Part shown: positions 19,755-30,073 of the stretch, piece after piece
Layout of the letters: every line of letters starts with the position of its first letter
Numbering within the stretch: position 1 is the first letter of the stretch
Assembly: GCA_963748625.1 (NCBI GenBank)
Contig: CAVVJT010000007.1
Coordinates: 1,271,170 to 1,335,169, forward strand
From: an uncultured Chloroflexia bacterium
Lineage (GTDB): Bacteria > Chloroflexota > Limnocylindria > Limnocylindrales > CSP1-4
DNA: 64,000 bases
Direction: 5' to 3'
The notes under the pieces: model-generated
The model's input: only the letters and a program-made list of their open reading frames with translations
Databases searched by the model: none
Told to the model about the DNA's origin: nothing
Position numbers and translations under genes: made by a program

Positions 19755-20888
19755 ATGCTGACGACCGGGGGCCTGGTTCCCCCTACCCTCCGAACTCCCG
19801 AATCGGGCGCGCGCACCCCCTGGCGTCTCCCGCGTGCGGGCCTCGCGCTCGTCCTGCTGACGCTCCTGGGCCTCGGGCTCGCCCTCGTGGCCGAGGCGAC
19901 CCCGGCGCACCCCGACACCTCGCCATCGCCAGCCGCGCCGTCGATCTCGGGGCCGCCGGTCGGGGACATCCCGATCCTGGGCGACCCGATCCGCGACCTC
20001 ACGGTCTGGTACTCGGACCGGGTGCGGGACGCGAACCGCGCCGCGCTCGACAACCTTCGAGGCCAGCTGCTCACGCCGGTCGACCCCCTCACCGACAGCG
20101 TCACGCGCGCCCTGTACGGGCCGATGGTGCTGATCACGATCCCGATCCTCACCTTCGGCGGCCTGATCCTCGGCTACCTGATCATGGTCAGCAGCACCTC
20201 GGGCGCCACCGCCTACGAGGCCCGCTCGGTCGCGCCGCGCTTCGTCGTCGGGGCGGCGCTCGCGATCCTGGGCATCTTCCTTGTCTCGGTGATCACGGCG
20301 TTCGTTGCGGCCCTGGATGAAGCGATGGTGCGCGTGGCGCTGCCGGCCTCGGCGGTCGGCGGGCCCGCGGGCTGGCCGTCCACTGGCGGCGTGTTCGCCG
20401 TGCTCCAGCAGGGCGGCTTCGACCCCCGCGTGCCCCAGGGCCCTGACAACTGGAACAGCGGGGCGTGGATCTCTGCGGGCCTGCTCGCGGGCGTCCTGAC
20501 CACCTGCCTCGCGATGCTCAACTGGTTCCTGACGGGCCTCGAGAAGCTCCTCGTGATCGTGGGGCCGCTGTGCCTCGCGGCGTACGCGATCCCGGCGACC
20601 GAGCGCGTGACCAGGCTCTGGTTCAAGGTCCTGCTCGTCGTGCTTGCCATGCGCTTCGCCTGGGCGATCACGTTCGTCGTGTTCAGCCTGACGGCAGCGC
20701 CGTACGTCGGCCCGTCGGGGGCGCCCGCGACGGTGCAGGACATGAACATCCTGCTCGGCCTGGCTGCGGGAGCCGCCGCGATGATGCTCGGCCTCCCGCT
20801 GGTCCTGATCCCGCTCGCGCTCGCTGGCCCCCAGATCCTGGACAAGGAGAACGTGGTGCGCCTCGTCCGCGTGCTGCCGTACATCTGA
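19755..20888 (+). CDS. TrbL/VirB6-like polytopic membrane protein
   Basis: 6-7 TM segments; LLVIVGPLCLAAYAIPATERVTRLW is typical of monoderm VirB6-like proteins; position between pilin and PrgI. Confidence 0.65.
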   Translation: MLTTGGLVPPTLRTPESGARTPWRLPRAGLALVLLTLLGLGLALVAEATPAHPDTSPSPAAPSISGPPVGDIPILGDPIRDLTVWYSDRVRDANRAALDNLRGQLLTPVDPLTDSVTRALYGPMVLITIPILTFGGLILGYLIMVSSTSGATAYEARSVAPRFVVGAALAILGIFLVSVITAFVAALDEAMVRVALPASAVGGPAGWPSTGGVFAVLQQGGFDPRVPQGPDNWNSGAWISAGLLAGVLTTCLAMLNWFLTGLEKLLVIVGPLCLAAYAIPATERVTRLWFKVLLVVLAMRFAWAITFVVFSLTAAPYVGPSGAPATVQDMNILLGLAAGAAAMMLGLPLVLIPLALAGPQILDKENVVRLVRVLPYI

Positions 20889-22321
20889 TGGGCAAGCTCG
20901 TCGACGTGCCCGAGAACGCGGTCCGCGAGGAGCCGCTCGCATTCGGCCTGACGGCACCGCAGCTGCTGGTGTGCGGGATCGCCGTGGGGATCGGCGCCGT
21001 CATCCAGCTGATCCCTGTCTGGGTCGCGCTCCAGGTCGTGCTCACGGTGCTGCTCGCGGGCCCGGTCCTGCTGTCGGCCATCCTCCCGGTCCGGGGCGAG
21101 CCCGCCTACCGCTGGCTCATCCGCTGGATCCGGTACCTGAGGGGTCCACGGACCCTCGAGATGAGCGCCAGCAACGTCCCATATAAGCCGGAGATAAGTG
21201 GCGAGGTCCAGGATCGGACTGTCGCGGTCGATGCCGCGGTGGACGGGGATCGGGCGATCGACCCGATTGCCGCCCTGGAGGGCCGGGGGGACCCTCCCGC
21301 CATCGTCACGGATCTGCCGGGGGAGGCGCAGACGCCGATGGGGGAGCGTGCCGTGCGGCTCAAGGTCGTCGAGGCCGACGACCGGGAGCCCGAGGTGGAG
21401 GAACGGGAGGTCGCGGGGGACCCGCTCGACCGCCCGTGGGTCGTGCCGCATGCCCTGCCGACCATGCGCGTGGTCGCGGTCGCGGGGTTCGCGGGTGGCA
21501 CCGGCCGGACGACGCTCGCGGCCGAGATCGCGACGCTCGTCGCCTCGGGCGCCCGCATCCGCGGGCTCGATGGCGTGGACATGGCCGTGCGCGTCCTCGT
21601 ACTCGATGCGGCGCGGCTCGCGGGTGCTGTCGGCCTCCGCCTGGGACTCGCGCCTGCCGCGCTCGCGCGCGCCCGCGGCCACCGCCTGTGGCGCGATCCG
21701 GGTGCCATCGCCGACCTCGCGGTGGCGACGCGCTGGGGTGCCGACGTCCTGACCCTGCCGCCGCACCCGGAGTTGGGCGAGCACGACGGCGCGGGCGGCG
21801 ACGCGGCTCTCGGGCTGTTCGGCGCGGCCGAGGCGGGCGAGCTCGTCGAGGGGGCGCAGCGCGCGGGGTACCACCTGCTCGTCGTCGACCTCGGGAGTCT
21901 CCTCGAGGAGGGGCACCGCGAGTTCATCGACCAGGCGGACCTGGTCCTGGGCGTCGTGCGCCCGACGCTCGAATCCCTGCCGGACGTCTTCCGTCTGGCC
22001 ACGGTCACGCGCGCCCAGGGCATGGGCCGCAAGCTCACGCTCGTCGCGAGCGGCGCCGACGACGACACCGAGATCCGCAGGCTCGCGCGCGAGGCAGACG
22101 TCCCGGTCACGGGCTGCATCCGGCCCGATCCCCTGTTCACGACGGCCGCGGACCGGGGTGAGCCCGCGTGGGTGACCGCCCCGCACCTGCGGGCCGACCT
22201 CGTGCGGGTGGCGCGCGCCGCCTGGCCGCTCCTCGCGGATACGGAGCCGCAGTCCTCCCGCCGGCGCTCCGTGCTCGGCGTCGTCCGCGCCACGATCCCC
22301 ACCCCTGGAGGCACCCGATGA
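20888..22321 (+). CDS. PrgI/VirB3-like domain fused to CpaE/TadZ (MinD-like) ATPase
   Basis: N-terminal VPENAVREEPLAFGLTAPQL, two TMs, GEPAYRWLIRWIRYLRGPR; C-terminal VVAVAGFAGGTGRTT, LLVVDLG, ADLVLGVVRP. Confidence 0.75.
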   Translation: MGKLVDVPENAVREEPLAFGLTAPQLLVCGIAVGIGAVIQLIPVWVALQVVLTVLLAGPVLLSAILPVRGEPAYRWLIRWIRYLRGPRTLEMSASNVPYKPEISGEVQDRTVAVDAAVDGDRAIDPIAALEGRGDPPAIVTDLPGEAQTPMGERAVRLKVVEADDREPEVEEREVAGDPLDRPWVVPHALPTMRVVAVAGFAGGTGRTTLAAEIATLVASGARIRGLDGVDMAVRVLVLDAARLAGAVGLRLGLAPAALARARGHRLWRDPGAIADLAVATRWGADVLTLPPHPELGEHDGAGGDAALGLFGAAEAGELVEGAQRAGYHLLVVDLGSLLEEGHREFIDQADLVLGVVRPTLESLPDVFRLATVTRAQGMGRKLTLVASGADDDTEIRRLAREADVPVTGCIRPDPLFTTAADRGEPAWVTAPHLRADLVRVARAAWPLLADTEPQSSRRRSVLGVVRATIPTPGGTR

Positions 22322-23622
22322 CGATGGGCGTCCGTACCGGCTTCGATGGCGCGCCGATTCCCGCCGCGACACTCGGGACCGTCCGCCGCCAGCTCGTGGC
22401 GCGCCTGTCGCCCGAGGACCTCAACCCGTTCGGGCGCACGCCGGAGCAGGAGTCGAGGCTCCGTCGCACGATCGGCGACATCCTCGCCGAACCCGAGCTC
22501 GAACTTGCGCCGACCCCCGCACTCGTCGCCGCGGTCGAGGCAGCCGTGTGCGGCCTGGGTCCCCTGCAGCCGCTCGTCGACGACCCGCTGGTCGGCGACA
22601 TCCTCGTCAACGGGCCGAATGAGATCTTCGTCGAGCGCTCGGGCCGCCTCGAGCAGACGCCGGTGACGCTCGGCTCCGCGCGCGAGGTCGTCGAGATCTC
22701 CGAGCGCATCGCCGCGCTCGCCGGGCGCGAGCTCTCGGTGGCGCACCCGGTCGTGGACGCCCGGATGCCGGACGGGTCACGCGTGAACGCGGTCATCCCG
22801 CCGGTGGGCGGGCCCTACCTCTCGATCCGCAAGTTCAACCGCCTCCGCCTCGACCTGTACCCGGGCGGAAGGCACGGGCGCAGCTGGATCGAGGAGGGCG
22901 GGCTCGACGCCGCGATGGCGGACGTCGTCACCCGCCTCGTGCGTGCGCGCGCGAACATCCTTGTCGCAGGCGAGACGGGCGCCGGCAAGACGACCTTCCT
23001 GCGCACGGTCACGGACCTGTTCGACCAGACGGAGCGGATCGGCGTCGTCGAGGACACAGCCGAGCTCGCGCTCGAGAACCCCGACCGGTTCTGCCTCGAG
23101 ACGCTGCATCCGCACGACCTCGCGGTCGGCGAGGCGGACACCCGGCTGCTCGACGTCGGCGACCTCGTGGCGAACGCCCTCCGGATGCGCCCGGACCGCC
23201 TGATCGTGGGCGAGATCCGGCTGCCGAAGGAGGCGTTCTACACGCTCCAGGCGCTCCACACGGGGCACGACGGATCGGCCACGACCATCCACGCGAGCAG
23301 CGCCGAGGACGCGCTCTTCCGCCTCGAGCTGCTCGCCCGCCAGACCATGCGGGACCTCACGGTGACCGACCTGCGCGGCTACATCGCGCGCGTGTTCGAC
23401 CTGGTCGTCGTGCTGCGCCGTCTCCGCTCGGGGCGCCGCATCGTCCGCCAGCTCACCGCGGTGGACGGCCTGACCGAGGCCGGCGGGTACCGGATGACCG
23501 ACGTGTTCCGGGCTGAGGCGGTCCCAGGCTCGGACGAGATCCGGTTCACCGCCGCAGCTGCGTGGACGCCGTCGCCGCGCCTCCTCGCGCGCCTCGAGCT
23601 GGAGGGCGACCAGTGGAGCTGA
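22318..23622 (+). CDS. cpaF: Tad pilus ATPase CpaF/TadA
   Basis: DILVNGP, DARMPDGSRVNA, GETGAGKTT, LRMRPDRLIVGEIR, TGHDGSATTIHA. Confidence 0.92.
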   Translation: MTMGVRTGFDGAPIPAATLGTVRRQLVARLSPEDLNPFGRTPEQESRLRRTIGDILAEPELELAPTPALVAAVEAAVCGLGPLQPLVDDPLVGDILVNGPNEIFVERSGRLEQTPVTLGSAREVVEISERIAALAGRELSVAHPVVDARMPDGSRVNAVIPPVGGPYLSIRKFNRLRLDLYPGGRHGRSWIEEGGLDAAMADVVTRLVRARANILVAGETGAGKTTFLRTVTDLFDQTERIGVVEDTAELALENPDRFCLETLHPHDLAVGEADTRLLDVGDLVANALRMRPDRLIVGEIRLPKEAFYTLQALHTGHDGSATTIHASSAEDALFRLELLARQTMRDLTVTDLRGYIARVFDLVVVLRRLRSGRRIVRQLTAVDGLTEAGGYRMTDVFRAEAVPGSDEIRFTAAAAWTPSPRLLARLELEGDQWS

Positions 23623-24488
23623 TCGGCGCGCTCGCCGCCGGAGTCGCCGTCATGGCGCTGATCCTCGCGCTCGCGCCCGCCCGGGTGCAGCCGGCGTCGT
23701 CGCTGCGGACCAGAGTCCGGGTCCTCCAGGCGGAGCGGGTGGGCAAGGCGCGTTCGCTCCTCGAGCAGGCACGCCTCGACGTGGCTCCGCGCACGTACCT
23801 CGCGCTCGAGATCGCCTCGCCGCTGGTGCTCGCGTGGCTCGGGCTGCTCATGTCCGTGCCGATGGCGGTCCTCGGGCTCATCGTGGGCGCCCTCGTGCCG
23901 CGCTGGTACGTGCGGTACCTCGTGTCATCGGAGGCGCGGGCGGCGGCCGACGACGCTCCCCGGGTGCTGCGTGCCATGGTCAACCGCGCGGCCTCGGGCG
24001 GCACCTACCCGGACCTCTACGCCGCGGCTGCCGAGGCGGCGCGCCACCGCTGGGTGAAGGCCGACTTCGAGGAGATCCTCTCGCGCTACTACGCCGCCGA
24101 GGCCCCGGCGGACGCGCTCGTCGAGGTTCGCCGCCGGCAGGCGGGCCGGAACCTCGCGCTCGTGTACGACGCGCTCATCACGCTCGCGCGCACGCACCAG
24201 CCCGTGTCGGCCGCCGCGCAGGTGCTGGGCTCGCTGGGCGACGCGGCGCGGGCCAACGCCTCGATCGCGAAGGCGGCGGTCGCCGAGAGCAAGGGCCTCC
24301 GGCTCCAGGCGACGATCCTCGCGATCGTCATCCCGGGCATGTTCCTGTACCTGCTCCTCGCGAACGGCGAGCTCATCGCCCCGGTCCTCGGCACGCCGCT
24401 CGGGCGGTACGTGCTGCTGCCCGCCGCCGCACTTCTCGAGGTCACCGGCATCGCGCTCTCGTGGCGCATCACGCGGCTGGAGGCCTAG
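23613..24488 (+). CDS. tadB: TadB-like platform protein
   Basis: T2SSF-like topology, follows cpaF, GGAGGG RBS. Confidence 0.75.
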   Translation: MELIGALAAGVAVMALILALAPARVQPASSLRTRVRVLQAERVGKARSLLEQARLDVAPRTYLALEIASPLVLAWLGLLMSVPMAVLGLIVGALVPRWYVRYLVSSEARAAADDAPRVLRAMVNRAASGGTYPDLYAAAAEAARHRWVKADFEEILSRYYAAEAPADALVEVRRRQAGRNLALVYDALITLARTHQPVSAAAQVLGSLGDAARANASIAKAAVAESKGLRLQATILAIVIPGMFLYLLLANGELIAPVLGTPLGRYVLLPAAALLEVTGIALSWRITRLEA

Positions 24489-24490
24489 GG

Positions 24491-25396
24491 ATGGAGCTGG
24501 TCGGCACGATCGCGGTCGCGATCGCCGTGTTCTCGCTATGCGTGGCAGTGCTGGGCTCGTCCCTGCTCGTCCCGCGCCGGCTCGACGCGATCCGCGCGGT
24601 CGCGATCCCCCGCCACCAGTACGAGCGCCTGGTCAGCGCGGAGGTGCCGCTCTGGGAGCGCATCGTCGCGCCGGTCGCGGTCCGCCTCGCCGCCCGGGCC
24701 CCGGCCTTCGCCTCGCAGGTGAGCGAGCGCGACCTCATCCGCGCGGGCTTCGACCCCGCGGTCATCACGCCGGCCGAGGTGTACGCGGCCAAGCTCGTGC
24801 TCGCCGCAGGGATCCTTGCCGTGGGTGCCGCGCTGAGCCCGCTGGTGCCCGTCGCCCTGCTGGTCGCGCTGCCGGTCGCCTTCGTCGGGTACCTGTTCCC
24901 GACCGAGTACCTCGCGTCGCGCGGCAAGGCGCGCACGGCCCAGCTCGCGCGGGAGCTGCCCGACTTCCTCGCCCTCGTGCGACCACTCGCGGCGAAGCAC
25001 GGCCTCGAGCACGCCGTCGCCGATGTGGCGGACGCGCTGCACGACGCGTCGGGCGGGCAGAACCTGCTTGCGCGCCAGATCCGGAGTGCCGTCGCCGCCT
25101 ATGGCACGGGCACCGACCTCTTCGGGGCGCTCCGCGACATCGCGATGGCGGCAGAGCTCGAGGAGCTCGACGAGCTCGCGGCAGCCCTGTCCCAGTCCCG
25201 CCGCCTCGGCAAGGGCATCAACGAGACCCTCGCCGAGCACGAGCGATCCCTCCGCGATACCGAGCGCAACCGGCTTGCCGGTGCCGCCTCGTCGGTTCAG
25301 CCGAAGCTCGCGGCGATCCTCGCCGGGATCTACCTGCCCGAGTTCGTGCTGCTTGTCGTCGCTCCCCTGTTCATCTCGACCCTGGGTCGAATCTAG
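24491..25396 (+). CDS. tadC: TadC-like platform protein
   Basis: LARELPDFL, ALSQSRRLGKGINETL, terminal YLPEFVLLVVAP. Confidence 0.8.
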   Translation: MELVGTIAVAIAVFSLCVAVLGSSLLVPRRLDAIRAVAIPRHQYERLVSAEVPLWERIVAPVAVRLAARAPAFASQVSERDLIRAGFDPAVITPAEVYAAKLVLAAGILAVGAALSPLVPVALLVALPVAFVGYLFPTEYLASRGKARTAQLARELPDFLALVRPLAAKHGLEHAVADVADALHDASGGQNLLARQIRSAVAAYGTGTDLFGALRDIAMAAELEELDELAAALSQSRRLGKGINETLAEHERSLRDTERNRLAGAASSVQPKLAAILAGIYLPEFVLLVVAPLFISTLGRI

Positions 25397-25413
25397 CCAC
25401 GAGGAGGTGGACC

Positions 25414-25614
25414 ATGACCATCAAGCACCCCCGAGCCCGGAGGGCCTCGCGAACGTTGGCGGCCGTGCTGCGCGACGAGCGCGGCGTGACGACCCTCGAG
25501 TACATCATCGCCGCGGCGATCGTCCTCGTCGTGCTCAGTGCCGCGATCCTCGCCTGGAACAACGGGCTCGCCGACAAGATCGGCGATCTCATCCGCCTGC
25601 TGGCCGGCACGTGA
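25414..25614 (+). CDS. flp: Flp (type IVb) prepilin
   Basis: RDERG|VTTLEY motif plus hydrophobic helix; GAGGAGG RBS. Confidence 0.88.
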   Translation: MTIKHPRARRASRTLAAVLRDERGVTTLEYIIAAAIVLVVLSAAILAWNNGLADKIGDLIRLLAGT

Positions 25615-26033
25615 GCGGGCCACTGGCGGCCGCTGCCCGGCGGCGGCGGCGCGGTGAGGCCGGGTCGACCGTCGTGGAGGCGGTGCTCGTCGTGCCGCTC
25701 GTCCTTGTCCCGGTGCTCGCGGCGACCGTGATCCTCGGGCATCTCGCCCACACCCGGATCGTGCTCGACGCGGCCGCTGCCGCCGGTGCCCGCCAGGCCG
25801 CGGTCATCGGCGCCGATGGGCCGTCGGTCCGGAGCCGCATCCGGGCCGAGCTTGCGGACGGCGGGCTCGACCCGGGCACGGTCGGGGTCTCGGTGACGCC
25901 GGCCTCGGCGGGCTGGGGACAGCCGATCCGGGTGCGGCTGACGGCCACGAGCAGGGCAGCCGTCCCGTTCCTGGGCACCTGGACGCTGCCGCTCGCGGCG
26001 GAGTTCGTGACCCGCAGCGAGGTGACCCACTGA
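25611..26033 (+). CDS. tadE: TadE-like minor pilin
   Basis: GEAG|STVVEAVLVVP, AAAAGARQAA. Confidence 0.8.
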   Translation: MSGPLAAAARRRRRGEAGSTVVEAVLVVPLVLVPVLAATVILGHLAHTRIVLDAAAAAGARQAAVIGADGPSVRSRIRAELADGGLDPGTVGVSVTPASAGWGQPIRVRLTATSRAAVPFLGTWTLPLAAEFVTRSEVTH

Positions 26034-26528
26034 TGGCCTGGTCACGGGACGGGGAGCGCGGGCAGGTCGCGGTGTACGCCGTGCTGCTGTTCCCCACGCT
26101 GATGCTCGTCGTCGCATTCGTGCTCGCGATCGGCAGCGTCGAGATGCTGCGCTCGCGCCTGCGTGCGCAGCTGGACATGGCGGCGCTCACGGCCACCCAG
26201 GCGATCGATCTCGGCGCACTCGCGAGCGGCGGACGCCCCGTCCTCGTCCGCGACAAGGCCGACGGGCTCGCCCGCCAGTACCTCGCGGTCAACGTGGCGG
26301 TGCTCGGCGACCAGCTGCTCGTCACGCCGGAGGCCGTCGCCGGTGCCGCGCAGGTCGCGGTGACGAACCGGGTGGGCACCGTCGACCCGATCACGGGGCT
26401 GCCGGTGACCGCCCCGACCGTGAGCATCCGCGTGGTCGTCCCGGTCGACCGTGCCGGTGCTGGCCGTCGCGGGCCTCCGGACCAGGGTGGACCTCGAGCT
26501 CACGGGCTCGGCCGCCGCGAGGAGCTGA
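26033..26528 (+). CDS. TadG-like minor pilin (frameshift near 3' end)
   Basis: GERG|QVAVYAVLLFP, LRAQLDMAALTATQ. Confidence 0.7.
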
Positions 26529-26532
26529 CGCC

Positions 26533-27096
26533 ATGCCGACCCAGCCACGCCTGTCCCTCCCGGTCCTCGCCGGCGCCGCCATCGCCATCGGCCTGCTCGT
26601 CGTCGGCGGGATCCTGCTCCTCGGCCAGCTCGGCACCCCGGGTGCCAAACCCACCCCGTCGTCTCCGGTCGCGTTGACGGCCTCGCCCGCGGCCACCCCG
26701 TCCGACCCTGGATCGACACCCGAAGCCGCGGTCGGCGCGTTCTTCACCAGGCCTTCGCCGACGCCCGCCGCACCGGGGATCCGGCGCCGATCGAGGCCCT
26801 CACCACGGGGCCCGAAGTCGTCGGCCTACCTCACCGTCGCGGGCTTCCTCGAGGGCCAGACGGCCGCAGAGAAGGCGTCGATCGTGACCGTCCAGGAGTT
26901 CGGGGACCTCACGACTACGATCGAGGGCAGCACCGCGATCGTCGTCTTCGACCTCACCGAGGGCGGCTACGACATCAGGCTCGCGGACGCCTCGCCGCTC
27001 GAGTCGCCGCAGGTCCTGCCCCCGAGCAGGGTCACCGTGCAGCTCGTCCAGGCCGATGGCCGATGGCTGGTCGACGCGTTCGAGGCGGCGCGGTGA
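26533..27096 (+). CDS. membrane-anchored hypothetical protein, NTF2-like C-terminus
   Basis: N-terminal TM, Pro/Ser/Thr linker, TPEAAVGAFF...VQLVQADGRWLVD; probable compensating indels. Confidence 0.55.
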   Translation: MPTQPRLSLPVLAGAAIAIGLLVVGGILLLGQLGTPGAKPTPSSPVALTASPAATPSDPGSTPEAAVGAFFTRPSPTPAAPGIRRRSRPSPRGPKSSAYLTVAGFLEGQTAAEKASIVTVQEFGDLTTTIEGSTAIVVFDLTEGGYDIRLADASPLESPQVLPPSRVTVQLVQADGRWLVDAFEAAR

Positions 27097-28303
27097 AGCG
27101 CCTCGGGGATCGCTGTCGTCCTGGGCGCGGTCCTCGCGATCGCGCTCGCCGGAAACGCGTCAGCCTTCGACTCCGGTGTTGCGCGTCACCGTCGACACGT
27201 GGGAGGCGGGTGGCGGCCGGGCCTACGTGGGCGTCCAGGCGCAGGGCCGCTGGGCACGCCCGGGCACGCGGTCGTGCATCGCGCTACTACTCGGTCTGGG
27301 ACCATCGGGCGACGATCCTCACGGATCCCGTGCGAGACCAGTGGTCGGTCAAGGTCCATCACGTGCACGGGCAGCACCGTCAATCCACTGAGCCCGACGA
27401 TGGTGCTCACGAGCCGGACCACGCCCGGGATCGGCGTCCGCCCGTCAACGTCGGGCGTGCTGAGCCTCGACCTCGGCGTCGCGGTCGATCCCGGAGACCG
27501 CGCCCGCCGGCAGGACCCGCACGATCACGGCCGCGCTCACCAGCGGCTGGCTCGGCGCCGTCGGGAACCACATCCGCGCGTCCGATCGTGCCCGGGTCGG
27601 TGCGGATCCGGCGCTGGACCGTGGACTTCGGCGACGGCACGACCAGCACGATCGCCCCGTCATCGACGAGCCCGCAACCACCTCTCGACCACGCACGCGT
27701 ACGGCGCGGGCACGTTCACGGTCACGGTCACCGCGCGGGTCACCGGGTCGCGCCTACGCCGCGTTCTTCGCCCCCAATGGCACGCCGTACGAGTCCACCG
27801 TCGGGATGGAGCCTCGACATCACCAACGCGGCCTCGGGTGTGTCGGGCCTGCCGGTCGAGTACGTCACCCCGGTCGCGACGGCGGCGGCGAGCCCGTCAG
27901 GGACCCTGCCCGACGGCACCACCGCCGCGGCCGACCCCGACGGACTCACCGAGATCTGGTGGCCGCGCGGGCTGCCGTGCGACCTGTTCGTGCGCGCGGT
28001 CATCGAGCGCGAGGGGTTCATGCGCTCGGGCGGCGTGGTCATCGGCGCAGGGCCGGACGCGCCTCGTCCGGTACCGCTACATCCGGGGCACCAACGACGC
28101 CCCGGACGCGACGCGCACCGGGCACGTACCGGGCCGCCGCGCCGATCCGGATCCAGTGGAACACGCCGCTGCCCGGGACCAGGTCCTACCCGGTCCGCCT
28201 CGAGCTCATCCTCGAGACCACCTACGACGACGGCACCGTCCGGACCACCCGCGTGGCGGGCGAGGTCTCGGTGACCGTCGTCTACTCCGCGGCTGCCCAG
28301 TAA
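27093..28303 (+). CDS. secreted PKD/Ig-like domain protein (multiple frameshifts)
   Basis: WTVDFGDGTT and HAYGAGTFTVTVTA PKD motifs in different frames. Confidence 0.6.
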
Positions 28304-28310
28304 GGAGGGG

Positions 28311-29014
28311 ATGCCCATGCGTGTCCGCCGGACCGTCTACCTCGCCATCTTCGTCATCGCGAGCCTCGTCGCCGCCGGGCGCCTACTGGCTCGCCCAGCC
28401 CCGGACCGAGGTCGTCCGCGCCACCGTCGACATCCCCGTGCTCGACCCAGGTCACGGCCGACATGGTCGAGCTCGTGCGGGTCAGCCCGCTCGGGGTGCC
28501 GCCGAACGCCGCTCGGTCGCTCGATGCCGTCGTCGGGCAGCACGCCTCGCTGCCGATCCTCGCGGGGCAGGATGTCGACACCCGGGCGCTCGAGGCCATC
28601 CCGGGCTCGCAGGCGTTCGGGTTCGGGGCGCCGCTGGCACCGGGCGAGGTGGCATTCGCGCTCCCGGTGACCGCCGAGCAGGCGGTCGGCGGTGCGCTGA
28701 CGGCCGGCTCCCACGTGGACGTGATCGCGGTGCCGAACGACGTCAGGCAGGCGGGCGTGACATCAACGGGGGATGCCCCGTCCACCGTCGCCCTCGGCCA
28801 GGGCCTGACGATCCTCGCCCTGCGGACGGACGACGGCCGGGACCTCGCCGCGGGCGACCCGGAGGACACGACGAGCACGATCCCGCCGAAGCTCGCCTCC
28901 GTGGTCGTCGCGATCCCGGCGGCACGCCTGACGGAGTTCGCGACCGCCGCGATGACCTCGACGTTCTACTTGGGACTGGAGACGGTGCCGCCACCGGTGG
29001 CGACGGTGCCCTGA
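28311..29014 (+). CDS. cpaB: CpaB/RcpC (SAF-domain) pilus assembly protein (frameshifted)
   Basis: N-terminal TM, VVRATVDIP, AFALPVTAEQAVGGALTAGSHVDVIA; TAAGGAGG RBS. Confidence 0.8.
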
Positions 29015-29056
29015 GGCGATCTCGTCGTCAAGTGGGCCGACGTACCCAACCGGTGC

Positions 29057-30073
29057 TCAGGGTCGATCCGGAACGCCGACCGCCGATAAGCGGAAGTCGA
29101 GTTCGTCAAGGTCGCGAACAGCGCGAGCGAGCGACGCCCGGGCGAAGAACGGAATGTCGTGCGGCACGCGCCCGTGTGCGGCATCCACGATGACGTAGAC
29201 AACCTCGAGGGCCCCGGGAGCGGGCTTCGCACTGGCATCGATCACCGCCCCGAGATACGGAGCGTCCGCCTGGACCAGGTCCCGGAACCGCTCGCGGACC
29301 TTCACCTCGTGGCGCAAGCCCTCAGCCGAGGTCACACCCTGCGTGAACAGGTACGAGAGCTCCTGGGAGCCGATGCCCCGCTTGACATGGATCAGCTTGT
29401 CCGGCGCCACGAAGACATCACAGAGCTCGAAGCGGCCGCGCTCTGTCCCCACCTGGGCCAGCTTCTTGTCGAGCAGCACACCGCCGAGCGCCGCGGCAAG
29501 GTCCGCGTTGTAGAGGTCCTCGGGCATCGCGACCCGTGCGGGCGTGGGAATGGCCAGCGTCGGCGGCCGTACTCGCCGCGCCGCGGAGTCGACGCTTGCC
29601 AGGTACTCGCCGCTGACCTTGAACCAACGGCCCTCGGAGAGCACGTACGCGTCGTCGCCGTCCTGCAACTCCCAGACCAGCCAGCGGTAGATCGGCCAGC
29701 GGTCGAGCGCACGCATGGAGTTGCGGTCGACCACACGCAGGTCGTCGGCCATGAGGTCGTCGAGAGTGGGGTCCGGACGGAGCAGCCGGTAGTCGTCGAG
29801 GCTCGCCTCCTCGCGCCGGATGGTGCTCGCCTCGCCGCCAAAGCGGAACGCGGCCACCGTCTCCCAGTCGAGGATCCCCGGCGGCGCGAAGTAGGCTCCG
29901 CCAGCATCGGGGTCCTGCAGCACCCGGACCAGCTGCGCGTCGAGCCGCCGCGCCAGCGGCGAGCCCTTGGGCTCGGCCTGGAGGCGCTCCAGCGTCGGGA
30001 ACCCGTCGAGGAAGTCACGCCCGGCGTAGTCGGCCAGGAGCTGCCTTCCCAGGCGGTCAAGGTCACGCAGGTC
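29057..30073 (-). pseudogene. C-terminal part of a TIGR04141/DUF6119-like protein, N-terminus missing
   Basis: YVLSEGRWF, EDLYNADL, LLDKK, FELCDVF, LIHVKR, LSYLFTQGVTSA. Confidence 0.7.

Larger units (their letters stand above)
2905..30073. mobile_element. putative integrative (conjugative) element, left part; right end not seen
   Basis: att core, adjacent excisionase-like gene, defence cargo, T4SS-like and Tad genes; integrase, relaxase, VirB4 and VirD4 absent from the window. Confidence 0.6.
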
